Assembly: GCA_037379345.1 (NCBI GenBank) | Contig: CM074514.1 | Location: 13,268,001-13,332,000 of the forward strand | Length of the DNA: 64,000 bases | Direction: 5' to 3' | Source: Perna viridis | Taxonomy: Eukaryota | In this document: piece by piece, positions 52,201 to 63,948 of the stretch | How positions within the stretch are numbered: position 1 is the stretch's first letter | How the letters are laid out: the number at the start of each line of letters is the position of its first letter | Notes under the pieces: generated by a model | Database searches by the model: none | What the model saw: only the letters and a program-made list of their open reading frames with translations | What the model was told of the DNA's origin: nothing | Made by a program: the position numbers and the translations under genes

Positions 52201-54549
52201 GCGGTTTAAGCAACGTGAATGGGTAAAGCTTGAGGGCATAAACAAACCAAAAATAGAACATCGTGATATAAACAAATTTCACATTTATGCGATATGATGA
52301 TAAATAAGTCATCGGATAAATAGTAAGACATTTACAGATCGACAAATGTCGATTATGCTTTGTTGTGCAGAGTTCCAAACTGTCATTATAAAATAAGAAT
52401 GATAATTCCTAATCCCTTGACAGTCATTTATTCGGATAAATGTCTGTTACCGATAATGGATCCAACAATTTTGTCTTTCCGTGCTTGATGCAATCAAGCT
52501 ATAAGAAAACCAGATGCTTAGATTTGTTTAGTTTGATGGGTAACTGATCTTCTGTTTGCTGTACGCAGCCTTGTAGATGTCAACATATGCAACTAATATC
52601 TTTGTTTGAAGTGTAAAATGTCATCGTTTTAATTTGATTTTTTTTTCATTGTGGTCGATTGGTTTCGTGATACAATGCATCAGAATGTTGATAACCCTTC
52701 CTGGATCAAAAAGTACGTTTTTTTCATTCTGAGATGAGCAAAGAAGTGCTGCGTTTTCAGTAATATCCAACTGATGATTTCTGTAATGATTGTTAGATAG
52801 AATTTAAATTTGAGCATTTGACTGATATTCAATATGCCAGTTAATGTAATGCTGACACCTAACCCTACCAAACGAGACCATTTTGTCAGCAATTTTAAAG
52901 ATGTAAGGTTCTAAACTAGATACCAACTTGTATTCATTTCATTGACATAGATGTGAAACCTTGAGAGATAAGGTTAACTAGACTGTTTGTTTTACGTTAA
53001 CTGATTTTTGCATGATATTACATTTTTTTTTTTTTTTTTTTTTTGGGGGGGGGGGGTACCGTTTATTTCAGGATCGACTGTCACAGAATTAAACGACATA
53101 CACGCAGAACAAAATTTTGTATGGTTGCAAAATAATATCTTTCCATTAGTCTAAGATACGCACACAAAAGTTTTTATTGAGTATCAAGCATTTCCTATTT
53201 TTAATGAAAGCGAGCACTTTTACTTAACAAAAAGATACAAATTAGTACAACGGTTTAGCTGTCTACTGTAAGATATGGGAGAAGAGTATTCATAGGACGT
53301 TTTGAGGAACGAACATGAAAAAAAAAACAACGTAAGCCTATTGTTTTGTCTTAAAATATGAAGACTTTAAAGTAACAGTTGAAATTCTGTATGTCGATCT
53401 TTATTATTGCCTTTAAGTACTTTTCATTATATGACATTAAAAGAGGTAGATTATAGTGGAAAGGACGTAATGGATACGGATAGCGACATCAGATTTAAAA
53501 TCGTTTAGATATCTGATTTCAATTTTTTTTTATATTTAAATAAGACCTCGTATATACATGCATCTAGACTTATCGCAGTCCGTCAGAACGGTGTGCCATA
53601 CAAAAAGTTTGAGATTCAGCGGTACCGCGGAGTACCGCCCTTCAACCGCTTGTAACGACTTTAAGTTAAAATTGTGCATGTCACACCTACCTAGTTCGAT
53701 TCCGGAATCATTTTCCTGTATGTTGATACCAAATTTGCTACAAAAATTACATTTTTTATTGAAGTTGCGATCATTTTCCACGAGAGACCTTGTTTTGTTG
53801 ACATTTTGAAAATGTCGTTACAAGAGGTTGAAGGGCGGTACTCCGCGGTACCGCTGAATCTCCAACTTTTTGTATGTCACATCGTTCTGACCCCAACTCG
53901 ACATATCAATATCCAAATAAAAAAGAGGCGGGTTGCAAGGTCAGAGGAAATTTGGACTAGAATTATCGCATTTGTCATTTTTAGTTACACAATAAATAGT
54001 ATATAATGTTCATTTTATCATCCATTTCATGTTCATCATCTGAATATAGCTGAAATATTGCTGCTCGGACGTTAAACCCCAACATTCATTCATTCATTAT
54101 TTTACTGGCATTAATCTACAATTTGGTGAAATATGTAGCTATACGTTATTTAAACAGCACTTAAACTGGGGTGTACAAAGGGAGATAACGCTTTTCCTTT
54201 AAGTAGTGAGCGCCCTGTCAACATGATAGTTATGAAAACATAAACTTTCATTTTTGTAACTTCTTTAATTGAAAATGAATTAATTTACTTGCAAGAACAT
54301 TCATTAAGATCTAAAATAAGAAATGTATTTTTAGAGTATAGACGAGCTGTTCCAAACAAAAAGAGCGTTTTCCAACGGAAATGGGATTCCCCAGTGGTGC
54401 TCTCTACCAAACAACATCGTCGCTACAGGCGTGAAGAAAGAATCTTACGTGATGGCTGTCTGAGTCATCGCACTGCTGTTGCTGTAGCTGCCTTATCTCA
54501 ATATGTGAGATACATTATGGAGTTTATGTCATACCAAGCTAGAATGTAA
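37221..54549 (+). CDS. UPF0764 protein C16orf89 homolog (DUF4735 family), secreted, 7 exons, 370 aa
   Basis: Exons 37221-37401, 40895-41056, 43776-43926, 49235-49352, 50302-50461, 51153-51278, 54335-54549 (TAA), GT-AG, phases consistent (1113 nt). Hydrophobic signal peptide MSLFSFIFLFTLSFSNA. Motifs INLDAVIGTRMVEG, GFWEL, SDNCLAEFFGTG, GYSLTHELFY, FCANIF, DLFMEQAALCG, WLKHVLSWQ..SGCY, RRYRREE...DGCLSHRTAVAVAAL match human C16orf89 as I recall it. Confidence 0.9.
37420..37460. repeat. (ATT)n microsatellite at start of intron 1 of the C16orf89-like gene
   Basis: attattattattattatcattgtcattattattatt; gives the poly-Ile tail of ORF 37221-37478, which is intronic. Confidence 0.85.
40466..40660. 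mobile_element. Small MITE-like inverted-repeat element
   Basis: Arms ttccattcagtccctg...taataacac.ccattctattttctgttc vs gaacagaaagtagaatg.agtgttgtta..cagtgactgaatggaa (about 45 bp, imperfect). Confidence 0.6.
42798..42950 (+). mobile_element. Penelope-like 3' UTR fragment, internally deleted
   Basis: acgcttaccctaccggtgcacctggt...gattgcattcttttgattacc. Confidence 0.75.
44332..44750 (-). mobile_element. Penelope-like RT fragment joined directly to the terminal ~38 bp
   Basis: [58 protein letters not shown]...QLIR..ACR.YADF; most of the 3' UTR is missing at a junction near 44369. Confidence 0.88.
46590..47430 (+). mobile_element. Diverged Penelope-like retroelement (RT motif B to 3' end)
   Basis: Frameshifted IFVQCGGCVFQQAVGI..PLLSDLFL.IYEA, thumb region and degenerate 3' UTR. 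Confidence 0.8.
48195..48860 (+). mobile_element. Two tandem diverged Penelope-like fragments
   Basis: 48200-48265 VFISQFIRYARACRNYAD; 48290-48860 TTDT.KSASYL...[14 protein letters not shown]...[14 protein letters not shown] and partial 3' UTR. Confidence 0.75.
49606..50110 (-). mobile_element. Apparently full-length GC-rich SINE-like element without tRNA head (structured 5' head, Nin/Deu-like core, (CAAT)n tail)
   Basis: Minus-strand 3' end gctgaaatattgctgctagggcgttaaaccccaacaatcaatcaatc (LINE-type tail); core gcacgttaaagaaccc; sharp GC contrast with the flanks; a second tail copy at 54006-54098. Confidence 0.8.
53582..53891. repeat. 78-bp inverted repeat (4 mismatches), 154-bp spacer; foldback/MITE-like
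   Basis: 53582-53659 gtcagaacg...cagcggtaccgcggagtaccgcccttcaacc...gtaacgac, reverse complement at 53814-53891. Confidence 0.9.
54006..54098 (+). mobile_element. 5'-truncated copy (tail) of the 49606-50110 SINE family
   Basis: catccatttcatgttcatc..ctgaatatagctgaaatattgctgct.gg.cgttaaaccccaac + (ATTC)n. Confidence 0.8.
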
Positions 54550-54738
54550 ACTTGATTTTAGTGTAAAATCAAGATATATAAAGCTCATTTGTGCCTTGGA
54601 CATCGTGCAAAATAAAATCGAGAAATCAGAGCAATGTTCCCAAATTAAAGATTAAAGAATTTTTACTGTGTAATGTATCTTTCGAAAATCTTTTAATGCT
54701 TTTGCAGGGATAGTAAAGTAAAGAAAAACCACATGAAA

Positions 54739-54946
54739 CAGGCGAGTAGCTGCCGTTAGGCAAAAAAGCTTTTGCCTGCACTTAATTTTGCCAATTATTA
54801 TTTTTTTTATTTTTTTTAGATAAAATACATCCCAAAGAGGCATAAATGATGCTCTAAAACGCTATCTCCGCGGAGCTTCGGGGGGGCCTTAAGACCCCCT
54901 GCCGTAATTTTGCCAACACTACAATTTGGCCTCAGCTACGCGCCCG
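54739..54946 (+). mobile_element. Short MITE (CAGGCG(C/A)GTAGCTG termini)
   Basis: Left caggcgagtagctg, right cagctacgcgcccg; about 145 bp shared in inverted orientation with 55566-55710. Confidence 0.65.
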
Positions 54947-55565
54947 TTAAAAACAAATTTAAAGAAAAAAACTACAATCCAATGGGACGGAGGCAAACAA
55001 AATTAATAGTCTACCTACATGAAAGGAAGTGAAAATGTCTAAACACTGTAAAGAATACTGTAAACTCCATCATAGTTATATCTGGAATGTAGACCATACT
55101 GACTGAATTCCTCCACTTTTTGAACCAAATGTCAAATCTCAGTAATTTATCTGATTGTTTTAAAGGAAAATAATTATGATGAGACAGAGATGATTTTAAT
55201 ATCAAAATTACCGAACTTATAATCATGAAAACGATGGGAAACAAATAGTACACCTCATTTCAATTGTTTTGCTCATTTTGGTTTTTTTTTCAAATTTTAC
55301 AGTGAGTGCTTAATAATTGATAGATACATGATCATTAAATGATCAAAAATACAACAGACGAAGGAAAGTCACATAAAAATCATTAAAAAAGCAGAGAGCA
55401 CAAGTATCGTTATAATGTTTTTGAAGGACGTACACCGTGCTGCTTGTTGAAGGTCTGAGTCCGGAGACAGGGGCAAATGAAGATGGATTGGCCTTATCGG
55501 GTAATTACATCATGGGTCCCGATATTCGAATTTTTAAAGTGAAGAACTGAATATATAGAACCCCC

Positions 55566-55710
55566 CCCCCCCCCGGAAGCACCGCGGAGATAGCGTTTTA
55601 GAGCATCATTTATGCCTCTCCTGGATGTATTTTATCTCAAAAAAAGAAAAAAAGATGGCAAAATTAAGTGCAGGCAAAAGCTTTTTTTCCTAACGGCAGC
55701 TACGCGCCTG
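55566..55710 (-). mobile_element. Partial second copy of the same MITE, inverted
   Basis: ccgcggagatagcgttttagagcatcatttatgcctct...ggcaaaattaagtgcaggcaaaagc...cctaacggcagctacgcgcctg is the reverse complement of 54739-54886. Confidence 0.7.
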
Positions 55711-56064
55711 GTGGTCACAATAGTGTTTTTGTAAACCCTTAGCACCATTACCTGTGTTTTGGAAGTCAGATTTTTCTCGGTCTTTTCACAGCTTGCTTTG
55801 TGATATGGGTTTTGACCATCATTGGAGACCATCGGATGCCCTGTAGAAGTTTTATTGGTTGTTGATTGTTATTTGGTGGATGACTGTCTAATTGGCAATC
55901 GTGCCACATCTTTGTTTATAAGGATAATAGCTGTGTGTCCTGTTCTTTGGGAGGGCAAACAAAGAAGCAGCATTAAATTCACACTTTTAGGGTTTCTTTT
56001 TACTGCCAATGTGGGATTGCAGTATCGAATGTTGTTATGCTACTTAAAAAAGAAATCTAAGATG

Positions 56065-56220
56065 TAGTTTTAGTGGAGTCCGTGCTGCTCTTTTACTTGT
56101 TTCTTGGTGCATATTATTTTGGTTATATAACGTTCTTTGGTTCTATCATCCCCGTCTAGTCTCTATCCCAGGGATATTTTCTTTAGATTTCCGCCCGAAA
56201 CTTTGTTCCTTTGATTAGTC
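56065..56220 (+). mobile_element. Diverged Penelope-like 3' UTR fragment
   Basis: agtttttagtggagtccgtgctgctc...ctttgttcctttgattagtct. Confidence 0.6.
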
Positions 56221-56852
56221 TTGTCTGTAATTTTTTCACTATTTATATCTGATAAAATTCATATCTGGTGTAGCAAGTTCAAAGGCCATTTTCAATAGTT
56301 GTTAAGATGTGACTGATCAGCTGAAAAAGAAGTTTTAAAATGTACCGGCAAAAAAACGTTCCTTTTTTTTGCACTTATATATTTGAATATCCTGTTTAAA
56401 TAGAAACACATAAGGAGTATTAGACCGATTTGTAATTGTATATGATTTCGTTTTTCAGAGGCGATTTTAGTTGCTGTATATATTGGATTGAATCTGATTC
56501 TCAGTATTTTAATGTGGAAGCTTTTCATTATTATGGAAACTACAAAATTCAAGAATAAAAAATAAGTTGAAAAATATGATCAACTTTTTTAAATCGTCTC
56601 AACTGAAATGAATTTGATCAGATTTATGAAGAAAGCTTTCACCATTTCCAAATAACAATTTTGAACCAACCGGTTTTCTCGAGTAAAATGATTTATGTGA
56701 CTTGATTTTTAAATATTAGTATGACATTAAATGTAAGATGATGGCACATAAAGAAACTTTCATACTTTAAATACAATTATAAAAGATGTCTTTAATGAAC
56801 AGACTTAAAATGGAGACATACAAAAATGTCACATTCCCATAAAGTTATTCTT

Positions 56853-57068
56853 GAAATAGCTCATCCGCTTCTTGTCATAAGAGACATTTGATGCACATGC
56901 GCAGTAACGAGTCACAATGTCATTAAAATAGTTAATCCACTTTTAATCATACACATGTCACATGTGTAGTAACGAGTCTCAATGTCATTGAAAAAGCTCA
57001 TCCACCTCTCGTCATAAAATACATTACCATGCTAATACACATGCGTAGTAACGAGTCACGATATCAAT
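56853..57068. repeat. Three tandem units of about 65-80 bp in the rhomboid 3' UTR region
   Basis: Core cacatg(c/t)g(c/t)agtaacgagtc(a/t)c(a/g)at(g/a)tca repeated at about 56895, 56959 and 57038, each preceded by aa(t/a)ag(c/t)t(c/a)atcc. Confidence 0.8.
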
Positions 57069-57139
57069 AATCTACAAACTTCAGGAGGACACCTGGTACT
57101 TTTTTCAGTATTATAAATTTAGCTTCAAGTTGAGGAGAA

Positions 57140-60100
57140 TCAATAATACAACACATTCCAACAGACAGCAAAAACCATACAACCTAAATACACAGCCAGT
57201 GCTATCCACCAAATGTATTGATCATGAAGCTTCTGCTCGAAGTTCTTCAACACTACAAGTCCTATCGTCAGTCCAGCTAGTGCACCCATTAGATGTGCTG
57301 TATAACCTACCGGAGCGTTCGATTCGGTTCCTGAATATCTATCCCATATAGCAAAACCAACATCAGCGCTTGCTAAAAAACAAATAAAGACATTGCCATC
57401 AATGTTTTATAAGGAATAAATAGCTTTGCCAGAAATTGTTTTAGAAGAGAGGATGGCTTTTCAATCCGCTACAGTACAATAAATATAAAAGATATTGAAT
57501 TGTATGTATAGGTATAATGGGGGGCATTTATCACACTTATGTAACTCTACATTTATTAAAGACATACAATGTGGCTTAGCAGGAATTATGTAAGGGATGA
57601 TTATGAAAACTTAGAAAATACTGGTTGGGTGAGCGATTGGAGAAACGCTCATGTGGCGGGAAATGTGAAATCTAAAGATAATTATTTATTGCAGCTCAGG
57701 TTATTAAGTTCTACAATTGTAAACATAGAAGATCAGGTTATGGAACGCCAAATGAATACAAACATTAAAAATGAATTCATGTATAGATTAAAAGGTTCAT
57801 TCAAGTTTACCAGGGGAACCCACTTTACGTTTGTTACCAAATGGGAGTGTTGCTCACTTTTGATCACAGAAGGAACAAGTTCATCAGGGCAAAACGGAAA
57901 GTAAATATTTTTCAGACTCTGGAGTACAGGTATTGCATGCATAGGGAGGGGGTGTCATCTCTGATTACCAGAGGGACACCAACATGCCAGAAAATGTTTT
58001 TACCCAAGCTGCTGGTTGTTTTCACAGAGTCTTGACAAAATTTGTGCTGTGGTCGTATCCTTAATAGTGAAGGTAAAAGTATGTTTATAAAAATTTACAA
58101 TTTTAATTTGTAATAAATATTTTACACTTTGTTTTCATTCATCTTCACTTGAATAAAATGTTTATACCGATATTTCCCTTGATTATAATAAACAAAGTGC
58201 AGAAGTATATGCATCTGAAGCTCATCAAACCAGTTTTGTCTCCATGAAGTTTCTTCTATTTTCTTTTCTTAGTTCTCCTATTCCAATGTCATTGTTTTAT
58301 ACTTTATTGCATCACAGAAAAAAATAAAAGTATATATTCAGTATGTTAGCATTACCAATTTTCAAAATAGGTTCTATTAGCTAATATCTTTTAAATAAAA
58401 AGTAGCTTAATATCAGTACATCTGACATAGTTATCTTCACGAAAGTTCATCTAGAAACTTACCAATAATAAGGACTGCTGCTAATTTAAGAATACCAAGT
58501 TCCATGTTTGAATAGTTCTACAAAATATGATTTAAAATGTAGTTACGCTTATGAAGTTATAAAAGCTAATTGTAACTTTAACTTGATTCTAAAAAAATTT
58601 ACAATAATCTATTTGATAACAATTAAACCTTTACAATAGACAGATATTCTTTTACATATTGTTCTTGTCAATTTCATAACTTTGTTTATACAATTCTTTG
58701 TTGATGAAACAACAAAAAACATATAAAACTATAAAACAGTTATGACTTACTTTAAATGTATTTTTTTGTATTTTAATATTATATCATGCAAATTTATTCG
58801 AAATAGTATAAAATATAAAAAAAAAACTTTACCAGAACAATATTTGCCAAATGAGCTGCCAATAATGCATAAACTCCACCAGAAGCACCCACTAAATATG
58901 CTTCCATGTCAAATACTGATGTTCCCAATGACCCTGTAGATATAACGATTTATTTTACAAACAAAAAAACTGTTTTCTAGACTGAACGTTTTGCATCAAA
59001 AACAGCCCGGTTTTACATCCAAAACAATTTCGAATAACCTCTCGGGTTAATATGGTGTAGTGATAAAAAAAAAAATCTTGATTAATTGTTTATACTTCAT
59101 TCTCATTACATACATTTTATAATTATAATTATTAACTGATATACAACTCTCTAAAATTTCATAAAACAAAAACATTAGCAACATTTTTGTAAGAAAAATG
59201 TGATAAAAATAAAAACTGAATTGTTGTCGTTCACTTCTCATCAATATATTTTAAACATTTATCGTTGAATGTCGTGAATACATTTTTAATGTGGTTCATT
59301 CCCTTTGCTTATTGTATTATTTTAATGTGATTGAATGCTGTAATTGAATTAAATATATATGCTAATTGAAATGAATGTGAGTTTAGTGCTTTTTGAGATC
59401 AAATACGTTGACAAATACAAGAAAAGGACTGTTGAATGTCAACCAAGAGGATTTTTTTTATAAGAGGGGGCATAGATCAGATGAATTGATATGGTAGGTA
59501 TTATAATATTCATTGGTTATTTCATAATATCATACTTGCAATTACTGAATAACATGTGATATAACAAAAGGTCAGTGTTAAATAAAAGAATTAAGGAAAA
59601 TGGTAATACCTGCCAATACTCCAGACATATATACAATACAAGTTCTAAGGCATCCATGGATCATCTCCAGAGGTATACCAACCACTATCTGTACAACCAT
59701 ATTGAACATCAAGTGAACCCATCTGAATAAAGCATGGATTTATCATCGATATTATATCTATGTTTCTAAAAATCATATTTAGTAAACTCTATTATCTGCT
59801 TTGATTGCTTTTGACACTATCTTGTTTACGAAAGTTATACAGGAAAAATTGCAATATATGTTTTGAAAAACAAATGAAAAAACGTGTTGTGTCTCTCCTA
59901 TATTTTTCATACGTCTAGGGCCACAATATCAACAAATAAAAACATACTGTAATTTTTCCTATATTCTATTAGAGCTATTCCTTAAATTCATCTGCAGATA
60001 TAAATATAGTTAATATTCACAGGGACCACTCCTATTGCGGTGAATAATCTATCATGAAGTGAAGGCCAGTTGCCGTGGGATTGAACAACATTTTTTTCAA

Positions 60101-63100
60101 TTTAATATAATTTGAAAGATATTTCATTCTTACAATTCAAAATATGCCAGTTCTTTAATTGGCTTTTCATATATTTTTTTTCATAGCAATTTACACCGTG
60201 GTGGGGGCTAGGGTCAAAGTACAGCAGTTGTATATCGCCAAAAAATATTGCATGACCCTATCTTTTGAAAGTTGTAAAAAAATAACTCGTCTTATGAACC
60301 TTAAAGAGTAATACATAAAACTTCTTGATCTCTAAAGATATATTCACAAGGGGCATAACTTTAACAATGGGTTTGCGTTGAAAGCAATTGGGTTTTTTTT
60401 ACTAAATATATTCCTGTAATACATGCTATGACCATATTTTCAATTCAAAATAATTATATAAATTTTTATCAAAATCCTTCATGAAGAAGCTTGTTAACAG
60501 TGCATTTCCTCTACATACAAACATTAATTCGTGTTTTTTTTAACTTTGAGGGTTGTTCATATTTCTTAAAGGTTTTTCTGCATGATTTAGATCTTCTTGA
60601 AACCCCGTGTTAAAGATTATTATCAGAATACAACAGCATTCAAATCCTATATTTTTTTTCAACTCTTTATACTCCTATTCCCCATACTCCGTTAAAACCC
60701 CGACTCAAAAACATTATACATCAATGTTACTCCAAACAGACGATACACCTACAGATATGTAATACTTAATACGGATTCTTCATACTTTGTGAATAACGAT
60801 TCCGAATCATCTTCCAAACATACCGAAGAGAATGTTTTCAAAATCCTGGAATTTTTATCGACTTCTTTGTCCAATGCGGTGGACGCGTTTTTCAATAAAC
60901 GGTCGACATTTCAATAGGAATAAATTGTGCTCCTCTACTCGCTGACCTAGTCCTTAGTTTCCAATATAAAGATGACGCATTATCGTTATACAATCCTTGT
61001 TTCATTGTTTTTATACAATGCATCTTCCCCAAAAAACTTACGATAAAGGAAACTACAGACACTGTGAAGTTAATCATATCTTGACCTCCACTTAGAGATC
61101 GATGGTAAAGGAAAACTATTGACCAAACTATACGACAAACGCGATAACTTTTCATTCCAAATTGTCAACTTTCCTTTCATCTGTGACAACATCCCTTCAG
61201 CGCATGCGTATGGAGTTTTCATATCACAACTCAGACGTTATACAAGAGCTTGTCATCATTATGCAGACTTTTTCTATTGTGCTTAAATTCTTAAAATTAG
61301 GCTTCTGGAACAGGGTTATGTCGCTTCAAGATTGAAGTCATCACTACAAAAGTTTTATGGTCGTCATAATAAACTCGTGGATCGTTACGGTGTATCCATC
61401 TGCACCATGAAAACTGATTTGTTCAGCGTGTCATAGTTTTCATTTTATCTTTCGTCTACCCCGGCATTGACTTTTTATGAGCAACTCGGCAGGTGTTTCT
61501 AGAAAAGAAGAGGATGCCTACCCTACCGGTGCAACTGAGCCATGCTCATTTACTTTTGTTGCTTTCTTTTTTGGTTATTTTATGTTCTTTGTTGTGTCTG
61601 TCTGTTTTCCATGTCCAGTATTTGTCCCTGGATTGCATTCTTTTCATTTCCGCTGGAATCTTAATTCCCTTATTTACTCTTATATCAACTTGTTTTTAAG
61701 CAAACTATAATTTTTGACTTGGCTTGGTTACAATTACAATCAAATAGAGCTGAAAACAGGAAAGTGCCAGTATATGGTTTACACTTTGACAAATGGCGTC
61801 TCGTTTCAACTTTTATATACACTATACTACTTTATGATAGTAATGTAGTGTTACTAAAGACCCCTACGTGGTAAGGGAGTTTATAAAGAATGAAATGAAT
61901 AAGCACGTTTTTTTAGGTTGGCAACAATGACAGTGACAAATAAGATGAAAATGAAAGATTTTATAGTTTATCACTCTTTTAACATTTCTTACTCGCGTGT
62001 CTCCAAGTAAAGAACAAATGATACGCACTGAACGCCAATGAATCAGAATATAATCAATATTATATTTTGATGTTCTAGAGTTATTTCTCTTGTATGTATA
62101 CTTACCCTGCATGTATGAAAGTATAGCAAATATATCTCCAGAATTCTACGCGTTTATCTGGTCTATATATAAGTACACTGTCGACAGGTAACGGTCCATT
62201 GTGTGTGATGTTTCCTCCTTCCACAGAGTGATATGCAAATAGTCCCACCTATAGCAATAAAGCAAAGTTGTAATGTTCATGCTCAAATAAAAGACATATT
62301 TATATTCAGTTCATGTTCTACGTTTTTACATTTTCCCAACTGAAGATGAACAATTATTTATCAATTAATTTTCTATTATTATTTTTCTCTGAACAGTTTT
62401 CCTTGGGAATTAACCCAGAGTAATCGTTTTTATCAAATCATTTATGTGCGTGCGTATCAAAAGTCGAAATTTTATGGTAATTGCCACTAGTAGTAGAATT
62501 ATCCTCTATCTGTTGAATTTGAAGTGTATTTATCTAAAAATATTTTTTTAATATGTGTAATGGTACAATAAGGTATCTCTGCGAGTTTGAGTTTGACAAC
62601 AAAATTGTAAAAACACTGTACGTTTTGTCTGCAAGTGCTTATTTAGAAGAAACGGTGTCATATCAACAAAGCCTTATACAAAATATGATAATATGATATG
62701 AAATTGAATACTCCACTGAACTGATAGATGATCGGATAGGAAAGTGTCCATCCGTTCACTCTTAATATATACATACATAACATGATATGTATTCATTCAA
62801 AAGGACACCTGTAATCAATTAATCATTGAACATAACAATGCCTCGTGAACTGCAATAATGAATTTTTTCAAACAAATAATTCCAAAATAAAAAATACAAA
62901 CTAACCTCAATAAGTGTAATTAAAGGCACAAAAATCGGTGGAGGACAGCAAGTATATCTATCTGCGTAATACTGTCTTTCAACATCATCGGTCAAGTAAT
63001 TACGAGCTACAGCACGAACCATCACCTGGAAAAACGTTGTTCTCTCTTGTCTAGTTAAACATTCTAATTTCTCTTTACTATGACCATCTACAGCAAGTCT

Positions 63101-63127
63101 GAAACTTGGTGTTCTTTTATTACTCAT
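57140..63127 (-). CDS. Rhomboid-related intramembrane serine protease (RHBDL1/RHBDL3-like), 5'-partial, 6 exons
   Basis: Minus-strand exons 63127-62906, 62248-62106, 59722-59610, 58933-58833, 58517-58463, 57372-57140 (TGA), GT-AG, phases consistent (288 aa). Motifs YTCCPPP, EFWRY...[21 protein letters not shown], catalytic GASGG, catalytic AHLMG, KNFEQKL..WW. MSNKR follows an AG acceptor and corresponds to the segment after the EF-hand region of RHBDL3, so upstream exons probably lie beyond the window. Confidence 0.94.
57569..57904 (+). mobile_element. Possible highly decayed CR1/L2-type LINE RT fragment in last rhomboid intron
   Basis: [18 protein letters not shown]...LSSTIVNI...F.RG loosely follows the early RT-domain pattern (VPxDWxxAxV...NYRPISLTS...HGFRxG); no catalytic motif seen. 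Confidence 0.3.
60585..61680 (+). mobile_element. Longest Penelope-like retroelement copy (pseudogenised RT + 3' UTR), antisense in rhomboid intron
   Basis: [10 protein letters not shown] (motif A region), [21 protein letters not shown] (motif B), YIDD region deleted, thumb [40 protein letters not shown]..., stop TAG 61434-61436, UTR ending TTACTCT at 61680. Confidence 0.9.
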
Positions 63128-63908
63128 CTACAAATATACATAAACCGAGGGAAATGAATCACGTTCGAGTCTTACTCATGCTTTGTTTCTCATATACTTT
63201 TTTTTAATTGCAATGATTTCCATGTACTATAATGGTTTGATTTTCAGGGAAATAACATTTTTATTACTGCGAAGAGTGTCTTGTTTATGTGGCATCGTTG
63301 TTTTTTTTTTTTTTTAAACATTGCACTGTTACATTACTTAAAAATAATACAATAATATGTTAATAATTGACTCAGTTACTGAAAAAATATAACATTTCCT
63401 AGTTAGTCATTATATCATCTCATTTAAAACAAAAGGCGATGCTATTTTAAGTATTACTAATACTGTATTATGTTGTGCAGTCTCTAAGTGTAGTTTTTTT
63501 ACCATAAGCATTTAATTCTGCTAAGTTATCGATCTAAAGCAGGTCACTGATTGGTTCGATATATAATCAATAACATGTGTTCTTGACATCATGATGCTAT
63601 TAACGGAAGTCTGTATAGGTTACTTGTCAATATATCTGTCAGCTGTTTGATACAGCAGCTTTGTCATTTATAATTATGAAATTACCATATGATCTCAGCT
63701 ATTTAACTATGTCTCGTGTCTCTGTTTCAATATTTGATCAATAGATCTTGAAAATATTAATATTTTGTTTTCATCTCGTTCAATAACTTCTTTTTACTCG
63801 TTTTTTGTCAGAGTTAGAATATCTGCAAGTCTTTTCAAACTGGACTTCGAAATTGTAGTTCTCTTACATAATAACTAGGTTCGCGGCAAAATTAAAGCTC
63901 CAGGCAAC

Positions 63909-63913
<5 letters not shown>

Positions 63914-63945
<32 letters not shown>
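63914..63945. repeat. (TG)n microsatellite
   Basis: About 16 TG units. Confidence 0.95.

Positions 63946-63948
<3 letters not shown>

Noticed and set aside
52380-52900. Ancient LINE RT fragment on the minus strand
   Set aside because: Only faint resemblance (ILVAYVDI, NLSIWF); no intact diagnostic motif.
56853-57068. CRISPR-like repeat-spacer array
   Set aside because: Eukaryotic context, spacers are homologous to one another, no cas genes; it is a tandem repeat.
61477-61560. SECIS element or hammerhead ribozyme in the Penelope-like 3' UTR
   Set aside because: The ATGA is Watson-Crick paired with TCAT rather than forming a GA/GA quartet, and no CUGANGA...GAAA hammerhead core was found by eye.
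63125-63127. ATG at 63127 as the true start of the rhomboid gene
   Set aside because: It directly follows a splice acceptor and aligns with an internal Met of RHBDL3 after the EF-hands, so upstream coding exons are likely; a 5' UTR intron cannot be fully excluded.
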